This document shows, one piece after another, positions 36,751 to 51,090 of a stretch of DNA of 64,000 nucleotides. The stretch spans positions 62,992,001-63,056,000 of the forward strand of contig NC_042999.1 of NCBI RefSeq assembly GCF_006345805.1, written 5' to 3'. The first letter of the stretch is position 1, and each line of letters opens with the position of its first letter. The stretch is from Octopus sinensis. Lineage: Eukaryota. The notes below the pieces were generated by a model. The model ran no database searches, was not told where the DNA came from, and worked only from the letters and a program-made list of their open reading frames with translations. Position numbers and translations under genes: made by a program.

Positions 36751-39489
36751 CATACATATATACATATATATGCATATATATACACGAGAAAGAAGCAACA
36801 AGAATGGATTAGTTTTTAGTACAATTGTTTCATACAAAGACAGGCTTTATTAAAAGTTGCAAATATTGCAGCAGATAAAAGTGTCCCGTACTCATCAGCT
36901 AAAACACATATCTAGTTCTCCAAACATCTTAGTGGGTGAGGCTACACTCATGAAGTATTGGAGATAATTTCATTAAAAGCAGATTTAGGTTGTAAACAGA
37001 CTTCCGAAGTTCTTTAATGATGATGCACAGTCTTATCCATTCTTGTTGCTTCTTTCTCGTTTATAATCACCCCACATTACTGTATGGTTAACACCATATA
37101 GTTTTCTGGTGCATCTAAGTTAAGTACCGCATTCAAGTAAATTCATTAGAATTGACTTGAATCTTAATTGCTTTTATTGCATATATATACATATATTACT
37201 CAAAGTGAAGGCACATGGCTCAGTGGTTAGAGCATCAAGCTTACGATCCTGAGGTTGTGAGTTCAAATCCCAGACCGGGCTGTGTGTTGTGTTCTTGAGC
37301 ATGACACTTTATTTCACATTGCTCCAGATCACTCAGCTGTAGAAATGAGTTGTTATGTCGCTGGTGCCAAGCTGTATTGGCCTTTGCGTTTCCTTTGGAT
37401 AACACTGGTGGCATGAAGAGGGGAAGCTGGTATGCATGGGCAACTGCTGGTCTTCCATAAACAACCTTGCCCGGACTTGTGCCTGAGAGGGTAACTTTCT
37501 AGATGCAATCCCATGGTCAGTCATGACCGAAGGGGGTCTCAGAATTACTCAAAGAAATTCCAACTTTGTCAGATTTTCACATTTTATTTACAATCTTAAA
37601 ATAATATAATATAAGATAAATACTGAATAGTATATATAAAGGATAAAATCCTTTTAAGAGCAAATCTAGGACTCAACTAAACTGATTTGTCCAGTTTGCA
37701 TAATAGCATACAGGCTGGCAACATGAAGAATTAATTAATTGAAGACCAGAAAGTGGTTAGATTGATAAAACCTGCACTGTATCTGCTTGGTTTACTTGAT
37801 TTAATTTTTGCAGTGAGGTTAAAATTATATGATTTTCTCCATTGGCCATATGTCCTTCCCTGTTTGCCGTTCACTACATCGGCTATATTCCTATATTCAC
37901 TACATCAGCTATATTCCTATATTCACTATGATGGGCTTCTTTCCGTTTCCAACTACCAAATCCACTCACAAGGCTTTGGTCAGCCTGCGGCTATAGTAGA
38001 AGACACTCGCCCAAGGTGCCACACAGTGGGACTGAACCCAGAACCATGTGGTTGGTAAGCAAACTACTTACCACACAGCCACTCCTGACGATGTTTAATT
38101 AAGACAAGTATACTCAACATTTTAAAGTATCCAAAAACACTGTGTTCTATGAACTAAAGAATTTATTATTAATCTGTGTTACTATCACCTACACTGTTAT
38201 GTGAATTAAAGAGACCTGTTTAACAGAGTCCCAGTTTGTATATACAATATAAGTAATTATAAGTTATTAATCTCAAAATTTGCAACGTCTTACCACCCTG
38301 CAGCAGTAGCTTACAACCAGGTGGTGTGAGCTCAACCATTGAGAGTGAAGTGAATTAGTTATAGACAGAACTCTAAGTGGTGGAGGCGGGATACAAAGTG
38401 CTGGCCTCTCAGCTGGATACACTATCCTATTGATTCAGTCACTAGCTCTGTCTTATCTAGATGAACTGTCGTTACCATGATCACTATCATTAACCCATGT
38501 TTGTTTGGGTTGGATAGTTTGTCTGTTCAAGACATCACCGTTAACGACTTTATGTTCAACTAACAGAAAAATCTGTTGAGTATACAGGATGTAGAAAATG
38601 AATAAAAGCTAGTTCATTCCAAGTCACTTTGTTCAGATCACTGGCATACATAAAAAAAATACATGAATATTGCACAATCTATTGTTAAATTGAGACGCTC
38701 CCTATGTAGGGAGTCAAGGTACCATAATGAAAAGACATGATATTAAAGCTGTGACTGTTTCTGATATTTAGGTTAAGGTCAAGTTATTAAATAGCACCAG
38801 GGTCATATAAACACACACATGCATACAACCCTCACACATGCACACACATGCATGCACATGCACATGGACGTGTGTACACATGCACACACACCCATACATT
38901 TGTATATGCAGTTTAATAATTAATCAGTTTATAGTTAGAAAAGTATGTATTAAATACAGTAAAATCATTCAGGATTTATCTTGAAATCATTGACTTAAAA
39001 CTGATATTTACAAGCCTCTAAGTGCATACAGTAGCAGCCGAATCTCCCTTCCATCACATTCTTAAAAAGGAAAAAGACATTGGATTGTCTTGAAAACATC
39101 CTGGAGGTAGACTGCATGACAAAAGAAAAGAGAGAGAGAAAAAGAACAAGATAGAACAACCAAAGTTTGAATCACTTTGATCAAGGACTGTTCAAAAAAG
39201 CTCTTCTGACACCAGGCATACATTGCTTCTGTGGCAAATTACCTTGAGAATATAATTTAACTTGGACATGATTACCTGGTTTCTTTCAACCTTACAAATA
39301 TACAGTCACTATACATACCAAGAAACTGGGCTTGTATATCACTTTACTAGTCATGAACAACACAACTAAATACTCAAAGCTATTGTATATTCTCTCTCTG
39401 TTTGGCAATAGGCAGGACAGATTTGGTTGAAACCCTTTTCATCTATTCATGAATCCGTTCTCAGAACAAACTTTACAAGAACCTGGATC

Positions 39490-40080
39490 CATGGCTGTGT
39501 AAGGGAGAAGTTTGCTTCCCAACCACATAATTCTGGGTTCAGTCCCACTGCATGGCACCTTGGGCAAATGTTTTCTTCTATAGCCTCAGGCTGACTAAAA
39601 CCTTAAGTGGATTTAGTAGACAGAAGGCATTGAGCTGGCAGAATAGTTAGCATGCCGGGCAAAATGCTTAGGAGTATTTCGTCTGTTTTTACATTCTGAG
39701 TTCAAATTCCACCGAGGTTGACTTTTCCTTTCATCCTTTCGGGGTCAATAAATTAAGTACCAGTTGCAAACTAGGGTCAATCTAATCGACTAGCCCACTC
39801 CCCCAAAATTTCTGGCCTTGTGCCTAGAATAAAAAAGGATTTGATAGACAGAAACTGAAGGTAGCTCATCATGTGTGTGTGTGTGACCACCACTTGACAA
39901 CCGATGTTGGTTTGTTTATGTTCCCATAATTAGCAGTTCAGTGAAAGTGACCAATAAAATAAGTACCAGGCTTATAAGAAAAGTACTGGGGCCAATACAT
40001 TCAACTAAAAATTTTTCAAGGTGGTGCCCCAGCATGGCTGCAGTCTAATGACTGAGACAAGTAAAAGATAAAAGATATAT
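39490..40080 (+). mobile_element. Family-A SINE carrying a nested family-B SINE (39626-39836)
   Basis: 17-bp direct repeat ggatt(tag/tga)tagacagaa-like at 39609-39625 and 39837-39853, two mismatches. Confidence 0.8.
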
Positions 40081-40374
40081 GAATAACCAAATTGTTCCTG
40101 CAAACATTGACAATAGATGCTAGTTCACCTTAGAAAGTCGGCAAAAATTATACACACTGCTTTTCATCACCTAACAAACTTCAGTAATATCATAATTTCA
40201 CGCCCACTTTTCCATGCTCATATGAAGCCAGACAGAATTTGCTGAAGCAAATTTTTCTATACCCAGATATCCTTCCTCTTTCCACTCTTCAGCTATTTCC
40301 AAGCAAGGTAAATATTTCTCATGGCCAGATATGTTTTCCATAGAAAACTGGAAATGAAAAATATTGCTTATATA

Positions 40375-40780
40375 CTTTTTTACTCTTTTACTTGCTTCAG
40401 TCATTTGACTGTGGCCATGCCGGAGCACCGCCTTTAGTTGAGCAAATCAAGCCCAGGACTTATTCTTTGTAAGCCTAGTACTTATTCTATTGGTCTCTTT
40501 TGCCGAACCGCTAAGTTACGGAGACGCAAACACACCAGCATCGGTTGTCAAGCGATGTTAGGGGGACAAACACAGACACACAAACATACACACACACACA
40601 CACACACATATATACATATATACGACGGGCTTCTTTCAGTTTCCGCCTACCAAATCCACTCACAAGGCTTCGGTTGGCCCGAGGCTATAGTAGAAGACAC
40701 TTGCCCAAGGTGCCACGCAGTGGGACTGAACCCGGAACCATGTGGTTGGTAAGCAAGCTACTTACCACACAGCCATACCT
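40375..40780 (-). mobile_element. Family-A SINE, young
   Basis: Near-consensus reverse copy. Confidence 0.9.
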
Positions 40781-41325
40781 ACACCTATATAATAGTGATG
40801 CTCATTTACAACTATCATGTGATGTCAAGACAAGGGTACACACACACACAATAATGTATATATGATGAGCTTCTTTCAGTTTCTAGCTACCATATCCATT
40901 CACAAGAATGTTATTTACTTAGGGACCACAATGAAGTTAACTGAACTCTGTCAAGGGGTTTTAAAGAGCTTCAAACTGTAGTAAGATTTATATCTGTGTT
41001 GTGCTATAGAGAAAACGAGATACATTTTCTGATTTACATTCCACAGTTAAGCTATATGTATTAAAATGTGCAAATACATTTTCACATACCAAATTTTAAA
41101 TGTCTTTGAGATCATGAAGTACGTTTTTAAAATTCATATATAATTAATATGCTAATTATCATTATTCTACTTGCATTTCTTTCTCTTTTATTATTTTGGC
41201 ATGTATTTTATTTAATGTATTTTTAATTAAAAACTAATTACAAAAATATGCAAATTTACTTACCTACACATGCAAATACTAAACACACACACACATTTAC
41301 ACATACACATTCACACACACACATT

Positions 41326-41368
<43 letters not shown>

Positions 41369-41574
41369 ATATATAGGTATGGGCATGGTAAATTGTAGGC
41401 ATGGCCTATTGTGGATACAGTTATTTGTTACCACGTAGTCTTGAGTTCTGTATTTCTTTGTTGCACATTGGGCAAAGGTCATCCACTTGTAGCCTCTGAC
41501 CAACCACTGCCATGGGAATGGATTTAGTAGGCAGAAACTGTATGGAAACTCATCAAAGTGTGTATATTTATGTA

Positions 41575-41691
41575 TACATTGTCATCATCATTATCATCAT
41601 CATCGTCATCAACATCACCACCACCACTACCACCACCACTACCACCAAAACTACCACCACCAACAACACCACCATCACCAACACCACCACC

Positions 41692-41725
<34 letters not shown>

Positions 41726-41728
41726 TTC
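41575..41728. repeat. (CAT)/(CAC) trinucleotide microsatellite
   Basis: Directly visible; explains the low-complexity ORFs here. Confidence 0.95.
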
Positions 41729-41787
41729 GCTGATTGCATATGTCAGACAGAATTTGTTCAGGTACATACACACACACACATTATATA

Positions 41788-42074
41788 TTAGGTTGTCAAG
41801 AAAGTTCTTGTGGAATTTTTGATTTTGGTTTTAAATGAAGTATTTTCAAATTAATTGTCGTTAAATTACTTTGACTTTAGATATAATTTTAAAGCCCATT
41901 TTTCGCTCTATCATGTTACTCTTTTTCTTTTTGAATAATTAGGCCATTTCTTCCGGAACGTTGAATACATGGACAAAAAGCAAATTTGCACAATTTTCTT
42001 ATTTCAGTTCAAGCTAGGCAGAAAAGCTGCTGAAACAGCTTGTAATATCAACGATGTTTGGCCCAGGAACCACT
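41788..42074 (+). pseudogene. Mariner (Hsmar1/cecropia-like) 5' fragment
   Basis: TA then TIR-like ttaggttgtcaagaaagtt; MDKKQICTIFLFQFKLGRKAAETACNIN. Confidence 0.85.
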
Positions 42075-42835
42075 GGGCAAAAACAACACCAAGATGCAAT
42101 TCACTCTACCAGAAATTTGGAAACAACATGCTATACAGCTTGGCATTCATGCCAGAAGCTCTCAGTATGAACATTTCAGAGTGTTTGGGTGTGAATCTGA
42201 GGATAGTGCAGTCTGAAGACATGTACTGAGAGTGAGAAAAATCAAACATCAAGGCAACATCATGGTGCTTGGAGTGATCACTAATGATGGTGATGTTATG
42301 CCTCCATTCATCTTCCCACATGGCCTCAGACTCAACAAAGAGGCCTACATCAAGTGTCTGGAGGAGGTAGTGCTGCCCTGGATCAAGAAGGTGGATGCTG
42401 GTAGACCCTATGTCTAGCAACAGGACTCTGCACCATGCCACTCAAGCAAGAGAACCTAGTTATGGCTGTCAGACAATTTCTGTGGCCACATCACTCCTAA
42501 CATCTGGCCACCTAACTCCCCAGACTGCAACCTCCTTGATTATTATGTGTATAGTTGAGCAAGAGACCAACAAAATTCTTTGTAACACCTAAGATAAACT
42601 GAAGACAAGGATTATGGCAGCATTCACCAACTTAAACAAAGAGATCATTCAGAAGAGTTGCAGGAGATTTCAAAGTCATCTGGAGGCCATGGTTGAAGCC
42701 AATGGCAATTTCATTGAATAAAATTGCTCTTTAGTATTTCAAGATATTTTTATGTAATTTTGGTAAATATATCTGTTAAAATGAGAAGTCAGTGTTATTT
42801 TCATTTTTGTGTAATTTAGATGACAATTTATTCAC
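42075..42835 (+). pseudogene. Internally deleted maT/DD37D-type transposase relic
   Basis: MVLGVITNDGDVMPPFIFPHGLRLN...PYV*QQDSAPCH...WPPNSPDCNLLDYY...VEANGNFIE. Confidence 0.8.
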
Positions 42836-43379
42836 TACACTTGACCACTAAATCTACAAATATTTTTCTTCTCTCCGCTTGTTTCTTCATGTTCATTTCT
42901 GTTGAAGAGTGTAAGTTTGAAACATAAAGACTTTCTCACCTACCCGAGCATCAAACTAATAAACCTGCTTGTTGTTTATACACTTATCTTCGTCTTTTGT
43001 TTTTCTGTAAATTTCAACTATACACACACACATACACACAGATATATATATATATATATATATATAAATATATATATGTAGACAATGGGCTTGCTTCCAC
43101 ACAGGTTTTGTTTACCAAATCCACTCATAAGACACTGGGTCAGCCCAGGGTTATAGTAGACACTTACACAAGGTGCCATGCAATGGGATTGAGCCCTAAA
43201 CCTCACAGTTGCAAAGCAAGCTTCTTAATTATGCAGCCATATCATCACCCTATCTGTTACCCTTCTTGATTCCTGTCACCTTTAGCTCATCACTAAGCAC
43301 TATACCCAGTGCTTTCTTCCCAGAACATTGCCCCTCTGGAAGCTTTCCTTGCTCATGTGTTGCCTGCAGGTGTTGACCT

Positions 43380-43565
43380 GTCACAGCAGAACTGGAACAA
43401 TAGCAGTATCAGTCTCAGAAGGTACATGATTCATCAGGAATGTTTTTCCTATGTCACCAGGAGCATCAACAATGAACAATTCCCTTTTGTCAATTTCAAT
43501 AATTTACTTGATGCCATGATAGGCCTGCTTTTGCTCGCTCACCAATGAAGAATTGAATGACCAAG
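43380..43565 (-). pseudogene. Helitron/PIF1 helicase fragment (Walker A)
   Basis: EQKQAYHGIK*IIEIDKRELFIVDAPGDIGKTFLMN, compare consensus FxDAPGGTGKTFL. Confidence 0.75.
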
Positions 43566-43574
43566 ATTTGATAT

Positions 43575-44030
43575 CAATCATCATCATCATCATCATCGTT
43601 TAACGTCTGCTTTCCATGCTAGCATGGGTTGGACGATTTTGACTGAGGGCTGGTGAACCAGACGGCTGCACCAGGCTCCAATCTTGATTTGGCAGAGTTT
43701 CTACAGCTGGATGTCCTTCCTAATGCGAACCACTCCGAGAGTGTAGTGGGTGCTTTTTACGTGCCACCGGCACAGGGGCCAGTCAGGCGGTACTGGCAAT
43801 GACCTTGCTCGAATCCTTTTACACATGCCACCAGCACAGGTGCCAGTAAGGCGACGTTGGTAACGATCACACTCGAATGGTGCCACTGGCACGGAAGCCA
43901 GTTGGCTGTTCTGGCAACGATCACGCTCGGATGGTGCTCTTGGCACCCTACTAGCACGAGCACATGTGCCAGTAAGGCGACGCTGGTAACGATCACGCTC
44001 GAATGGTGCCCTTTAAGTGCCACTGGCATC
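43575..44030 (-). mobile_element. SINE-like element with internal tandem subrepeats and (GAT)n tail
   Basis: Repeated gccagtaaggcgacg(t/c)tggtaacgatcac units; relatives at about 36100-36640, 29755-29950 and 12650-12830. Confidence 0.7.
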
Positions 44031-44209
44031 AATGGTATCAAAAAGTCCCCAGACTAGTTCTGGTAGTCCATGGTTGCTTGCATGCATGGTGAGAGCAAGC
44101 AGTGACCTTCATGAGGCAGTGTGCCAAATGGCATTGCTGTGTTTACTTCACAAGTTGTGAAATTTGTGTTTTTGTGATCACAGATATGCTGTAGTCTGTG
44201 ATTTTTGTC

Positions 44210-44390
44210 ATGGATAGGAAGTTGGAAAAAGAGCCAATGTAAAATTTTGTGTAAAACTTGGGAAATCTGCTACAGAGACAGTGAGCATGCTTCAACAAGC
44301 TTACGGCAATGAGGCAATCGGTCTTACACAATGTTTCGGTGGCATGGGTGCTTCAAAAGCAGAAGAATGTCCCTAGAAGACCATGAGCCT
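44210..44390 (+). pseudogene. Mariner N-terminal HTH fragment
   Basis: Frameshifted MDRKLE..ANVKFCVKLGKSATETVSMLQQAYGNEA. Confidence 0.8.
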
Positions 44391-45769
44391 TAGATTTGTA
44401 CCAAGTGTCTGGATTTTAATAGTGTTTTTTGTTCATGTGTAAGGCAAATATGGTACCCAAAATCTTTATCTTTTACTTGTGTCAGTCATTTGACTGTAGC
44501 CATGCAGGGGCACCACCTTGAAAGATTTAGCCAAACAAATTGACCCCAGTACTATTTTTCTAAAGTCTGGTACTTATTCTATCAGTCTCTTTCACCAAAC
44601 CACTAAGTTACATGGATATTAACACACCGACACCAGTTGTCAAGTGTTGGCAGAGAAGAAGCACAAATTCAAAGATACACATGCACACACACACACATGC
44701 ACACACACACATGCACGCACACATGCACGCACACACACACGCACACACACACACATGCACACACACACACACACACACACGCACACACACACACACACAT
44801 GCACACACACACACACACACACAACACACACACACACAATGGTCTCTATCTACAAAATCTGCTCACAAAGCTTTGGTCAGTCTGAAGGTCAAGTAGAAAG
44901 CACTTGGCCAAGGTGCCACTTAGTGGGATTGAAACTAGAATCATGTTATTAAGAAGCAATCTTTTTACCACACAGCCAGTCTGCACCAAAAAAAATCAAC
45001 AAAATTAAATCAATAAATATATAAATGGTTGTGAATACTATTGAATAAATAGTAAACCCAAGACTGCAGACTGGGTTCAATTACTATTCAAGTCACTTCT
45101 CTTCAATTATATATCAATTACATGTTTATAATGAAACAAAGTAAGAGTTCAGATGTAAAAAAAAAAAGAACAACAATCCTTTGTTTAAATTCAAACAAAT
45201 TTGTTGTTTTTGAGTTTCCTATCTACAAATTAAAATGTAATAAGTTGCAATTGTCCTTTGTTACAATCATGAATAACATTAAGCACACATAAAAATAATT
45301 TTTTAAATTGGTGCCTAAATAGGAAGCAAATAAGTATTCTGATTTGAACAAAGGTCAAGGAAGGGTTTAGAGAAAGGATTTTTGGAAATAATAGAAAACA
45401 ATCAATTTGGGGAGGGTGAGAGAAGAATGTTACAGATTTGAAATTTGAGGGTATGATGAAGGAATGGTGAACATTTAAAATTTGGCAGGGATGAGAAAAC
45501 GCTAACGAACTCTTGAAACTGGAGGGGAGGAGGAAGGAATAAAGAACACTCAAAACTTTGGGAGTAGGAGGCAATAACTTTTACCTACTTGAGATTTGGA
45601 GATAGGAATGAAAGAATGGTGCACAATTGAACTTTATGGACATATGGCATTGTTTCTTAAATAAATACAACAAATAAATGATTGAAACAATGGTTTTTAA
45701 ACAAACAGACGTTTGGAAATGTTGCACTTCTTTCCTCACCCCCACCCCACCCCACCCATTTCTCTTCCT

Positions 45770-45867
45770 CTCTCTCTCTCTCATAGATACACAGACACAA
45801 ACCTGCCCCCACATGCACACAGACACACACAAACATACATACATATATTTATATGCTCATATAAACA

Positions 45868-45912
<45 letters not shown>

Positions 45913-46166
45913 TATATATATATTATATATATATATATATATTATATATATACATGCATACATACATACATATATACATACATACATACATACATACATG
46001 CACACATACACTACACAATTACACACAGACATATACACACACACACACATACATATACATCACTCTCTCTCTCTCTCTCTCATAGATACACAGACACAAA
46101 CCTGCCCCCACATGCACACAGACACACACAAACATACATACATATATTTATATGCTCATATAAACA

Positions 46167-46234
<68 letters not shown>

Positions 46235-46360
46235 ATATACATGCATACATACATACATACATACATACATACATGCACACATACACTACACAATTACACA
46301 CAGACATATACACACACACACACATACATATACATCACTCTCTCTCTCTCTCTCTCTTAC
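45770..46360. repeat. Tandem duplication of an about 299-bp microsatellite-rich unit
   Basis: catagatacacagacacaaacctgcccccacatg occurs at about 45782 and 46081. Confidence 0.9.
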
Positions 46361-46921
46361 TCTTTCACTATACATATATATATATATTCTCTTTTATGAG
46401 CCAAGTGTTGTATTTCTCTCTTGGGAAGGTAAATGTTTCCTCTGATTAGCTTAGCATACCTGAGATGCTAGCTGCTCAGCAAGGCACAGGCAAGTTCATC
46501 ATCACCATAATCAGCATTATTAGCAACTACAGTAACACTACTGCTTCCATCACCACCACTGTGACTATCCAGCCTCCTGTATCTTCCCATTCTGCTATGC
46601 TCTGAAACTCCCCCTAAATTTGATTACATGAGGAATAGCTGCTAGAAGAATGCACATAAATTTGCACACATCAAATTGTCATCCACACATATGTGGACAT
46701 TGTTGTTGTTTAGCTTCAGGTTAACCCTAAGTAAGCAGATCTATGATCAAAAGGGATCCATCTATGACTAAAATCCCTTCAAATTTTTTTTTTCCAGTAA
46801 TAATGTACACTATACAACATAATCCAATGTGACCTTTGTTTAGACAATAGTGTGTGGCTTGAGGGAAATTTGGCTGATATTTTTATCATACTGGTTTCTT
46901 TGTATGCATGGTTTATGGGTA

Positions 46922-47439
46922 CCGTAAATCCTTGAGTATAGTCTGCCCATGGCCCTTGAGTATAATATGCAGGGGAGTTTTAGGGGGCTGTACCTGTGAA
47001 AAACCTAAACCTTGTGTATAATACGCACCCTTTCTCTAACTTGAGTCAAGGAGGCCTATATAACGTCCTCGGTTTGTAAAAATGTATACGGTAACGTCCT
47101 TTATTAGTATTGTATATATAACATAATGCAAACGTGTAGCTTTTTTGTGCATTTTGTTTGCAGAAAATAAAGAAATAACAGTAATAATGTGTAATAAATG
47201 TTGCTTACTGCAAGTTATGGATGATTCTTTTATGACTTCATTGCTTTCAACCTTAGCTTAAGGTATTTTCGCATCCGACATCACAAAATGCATCTGAATA
47301 AACATTGCCGGACAGCAAATAGAGTCTTGGACATTGCTTAGAAAGTAATTTTCATTTTAACTTCGTATATAGTACACACTAGGGATTTTGACCTTTAAAG
47401 TTTGGGAAAAAAATGCGGATTATACTCGAGGATTTACGG
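46922..47439. mobile_element. Tc2/pogo-type MITE
   Basis: TIR ccgtaaatcct(c/t)gagtata with TA flanks; an opposite-orientation copy lies at 62121-62597. Confidence 0.9.
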
Positions 47440-47668
47440 TATTTTAGTCAAGCATTACGACACAATATATAGTTATCTTGAAGGAATTCTATATTCTGCC
47501 ATTTATTAAGTTTATCTTTTTTTGTTTTGTTTTTAAATCTTTCTTTTAATGGGATGATGAGTAGCTACATTGATGGATCATACTGTACCAACATACCAAC
47601 TTAAGCTCTTCACTCTCCATGATGTATAGGCCATCAGCAACTTTTCCCCGCTTCTCTTGACTCTAGAT

Positions 47669-47996
47669 CAGGGGTTCTCAACCATTTTTTATCTATGGAC
47701 CCCTTTGATTACTATTTTATTCCGGTCGACTTGCATAGCCATTTGATGTTTAAGAACTAGTTTTATAGAAACTTCTTTCAAAATTCCTATTTTGTTTATC
47801 ACACATTAACTTGTGTAGGTTGAACTTGCAATACATACCCATACATACATCTAAAGAAAAATATTTTCAGGGGCCCTTAAAATACTATTATGAATCCCTA
47901 GTTTACTATTTTGCTTGCGTGGGCACCCCAAAATCTTATATGGATCCCTGGGGGGGGGGGGCGAAGGGCTATATGAATCTCAGTTGGGAACCACTG
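47669..47996. mobile_element. hAT MITE
   Basis: Termini caggggttctcaacc and gttgggaaccactg; 8-bp TSD ctctagat at 47661-47668 and 47997-48004. Confidence 0.9.
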
Positions 47997-48339
47997 CTCT
48001 AGATTGTCTTTTTCTCTCCCAAGTCTCCTTGATTTCAAATTGTCATTGATGCTTCTATAACTTTACTCTGTCTTTGTAGAGGTATTACCCTACACAAATC
48101 CATTTTTACCTCTGCAAAGAAGTGGTCCATATTAGTTTCACTTTTATCCTTTGACCTGTCCAACATGGGAGGCCCTACATGGAGCTTGCACTCTACTGGC
48201 ATAACTCTCAGAGTCATTTTAATACCCCATGCACCACACTGCAACAAGGACTGGCCCTTGTGATGCATACTGCACCAACACATGCATGAAAAAAGCTCAT
48301 TCTTTTATTTAGTCACAAAGACATACAAAGAACATACAT

Positions 48340-48950
48340 ACATACACACACACATACATACATACATACATACATACATACATACATACATACATACATA
48401 CATACATACATACATACATACATACACACACATGGACATACATATGTACATACATTTGTACTTGCATAAATACATACTACATACATACATACTTACATGC
48501 ATATATGTACAGATGTATATATACATACATATGTAGATATGTATGATCATACATATATACATATATATGTTTGCACATATGTATATTCATTCATACATAT
48601 GAGCATATATTCATGCATATGTTCATAGATAGATAGATAGATAGATACATACATACATACATACATACATACATACATACACACACATGGACATACATAT
48701 GTACATACATTTGTACTTGCATAAATACATACTACATACATACATACATACTACATACATACATACTTACATGCATATATGTACAGATGTATATATACAT
48801 ACATATGTAGATATGTATGATCATACATATATACATATATATGTTTGCACATATGTATATTCATTCATACATATGAGCATATATTCATGCATATGTTCAT
48901 AGATAGATAGATAGATAGATACATACATACATACATACATACATACACTA
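48340..48950. repeat. (CATA)n-rich region with an about 270-bp tandem duplication
   Basis: catggacatacatatgtacatacatttgtacttgc is repeated. Confidence 0.85.
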
Positions 48951-49902
48951 CATGACCTTAAAGCTGTTTCAACATACCCTTTCGATGGCAGACCTATTCT
49001 GCATGGTCTCATGTGCCATGCTCAATAATACAACAGCAAAAAAAAAAAGTACAAACTACCGTAACAACCATATGTAGCAACAACAGTGATGCTCCAACAA
49101 TCAAAGCTATTCTGCAATTATTTCGTTTTGGGATTTGGCTTGCAAGACTCTCTATATGAGTTCGTGTGTTGAAGCATATTGTATTGTGCCTGGGGAGAGT
49201 CATTTTCTTTTTGTGCCTTATTATTGCAAGACACAACGAAAATTTTGGGACAATAAAAATAAGAAAAATGTGGAAATTTTACTGGTGAGTGTGTTACATA
49301 ATAAGGCACAAAAAGAAAATGACTCTCCCCAGACACAATAGAATATTCTGCAATTATATTATGTATTTGTCAGAGAGGTGTCCTCATTTTGGTTGTTGCT
49401 CTCACCACCTTCAGGTGTCTTGTGATTCACCTTAGTGCCTTGCCTGGGACTGAACTCAGAAACTTTAGGTGACTGCACTGCATTAACTAGCACCTTTATC
49501 CATTATGCTATTCCCGTAATAAAAGCAACAACCAAGATGAGGACACTACTCCACTAATGCATGATATAAAATTTCTCATCTAGGAAAATACGGAACTGTT
49601 TCCCACAATTAAAATTTTTTTCCCACTACACTCAATGTTAATATCTTTCCAAAATAACCTTGTACCATGTTTCAAGAACGTCATGATGATGATAACACAA
49701 TTTTCTCAAATTACATCTAAAATACTTAAGCTACAAAAGTTCAACTATGGGCACAGGCATTATTGTGTGGGAAGAAGCTTGCTTCCCAACCACATGGATT
49801 TTGGGGTTCAGTTCCACTGCATGACACTCTGAGTAAGTGTCTTCTTCTAATATCCCTGAGCTGACCAATGCTCTCTGAGTGAATTTGATAGATGAAAAAT
49901 TA

Positions 49903-50065
49903 GGCATAGGAGTGGCTGTGTGGAAAGTAGTTTGCTTACCAACCAGATAGTTCAAGGTTCAGCCCCACTGCGTGGCACTTTTGGCAAGTGTCTTCTACTA
50001 TAGCCTCGGGCCAGCCAAAGCCTTGTGAGTGGATTTGGTAGACAGAAACTGAAAGAAGCCTGTCG

Positions 50066-50096
<31 letters not shown>

Positions 50097-50292
50097 ATGT
50101 GTTTGTGTGTCTGTGTTTGTCCTTTGATAACCGATGGTGGTGTGTTTACGTCCCCGTAACTTAGCGGTTCGGCAAAAGAGACCAATAGAATAAGTACTAG
50201 GCTTACAAAGAATAAGTCCTGGGGGTCAATTTGCTCGACTAAAGGCAGTGCTCCAGCATGGTTACAGTCACATGACTGAAACAAGTAAAAGA
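49903..50292 (+). mobile_element. Family-A SINE, young
   Basis: Near-consensus copy. Confidence 0.9.
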
Positions 50293-50654
50293 GCCCATCA
50301 TATGTGCATGCATGTGTATATGTGTGTGTGTGTTTGTGCGTGTGTGTGTGTGTGTTTGTGTGTTTATGCATGTGTGTCTTTGTGTTTGTGTTAATCCTTC
50401 ACTACTGGTTAGCCACTGGTGATGGTTCCATTACATCCCTATAACTTAGTAGTTTGACAAAAGAGACTGATAGAATAAGTACTAGGCTTAAAGATAAGTA
50501 CTGGAGTTGATTTGACTAAACACTTCAAGGTGATGCCCCAGTATGGCCACAGTCTAATGACTGAAACAGGTGAAAGAAAAGGAAATGATTTTCAGTGCAA
50601 TATAAGTCAAACCAGATTCCTGTACAGGTATTCAATATGAATGTTGTATCCTGC

Positions 50655-51090
50655 CAGATTGTGTGGAAGATGGCAGAATCCCCAAGGACATACTCTACAG
50701 AAGGCTTGCTCGGAGCACTAGGTCTGTTGGAAGGATGTTTGCAAAAGGGACATGAAGGCCTGCGACATCAATATTAGCAACTGGGAAGCAGTTGCCAGCA
50801 ACCGTGGAGATTGGCGACGTACCGTAAAAGAGGGAACACAAAGGAGTGACATAGAGGGAGAGGAGAAATGGAAAGACAAGAAAAGACGTCAACAAGAAAG
50901 TATGACATTACAACCAGCCAGGCAAAGTCTTTGCTACATTTGCGGCACCTGCCAGAGGAAGTGTTTGTCCAGGATAGGACTACACAGCTACAGCAGGAGA
51001 TGTATTAGGACATGAAATGTAAAAGCCAGACTAGATTATTTTATGTGCAACTCCATTGTCTCCCAAGACAAAAAGGATGCCAACAACAAT
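50655..51090 (+). pseudogene. RTE-BovB-like LINE 3' end
   Basis: IPKDILY...DMKACDINISNWEAVASNRGDWR...CGTCQRKCLSRIGLHSYSRRC* followed by ...aggatgccaacaacaa tail. Confidence 0.85.

Noticed and set aside
28030-43565. Idea that the two Helitron fragments are one giant element
   Set aside because: On the minus strand the Walker A piece (43.4 kb) precedes the VVPYN piece (29 kb), the reverse of the order in RepHel, so they are independent relics.
45770-46360. About 299-bp tandem duplication as a functional repeat
   Set aside because: Microsatellite-bounded; slippage or assembly artefact is more likely. The same applies to 48340-48950.
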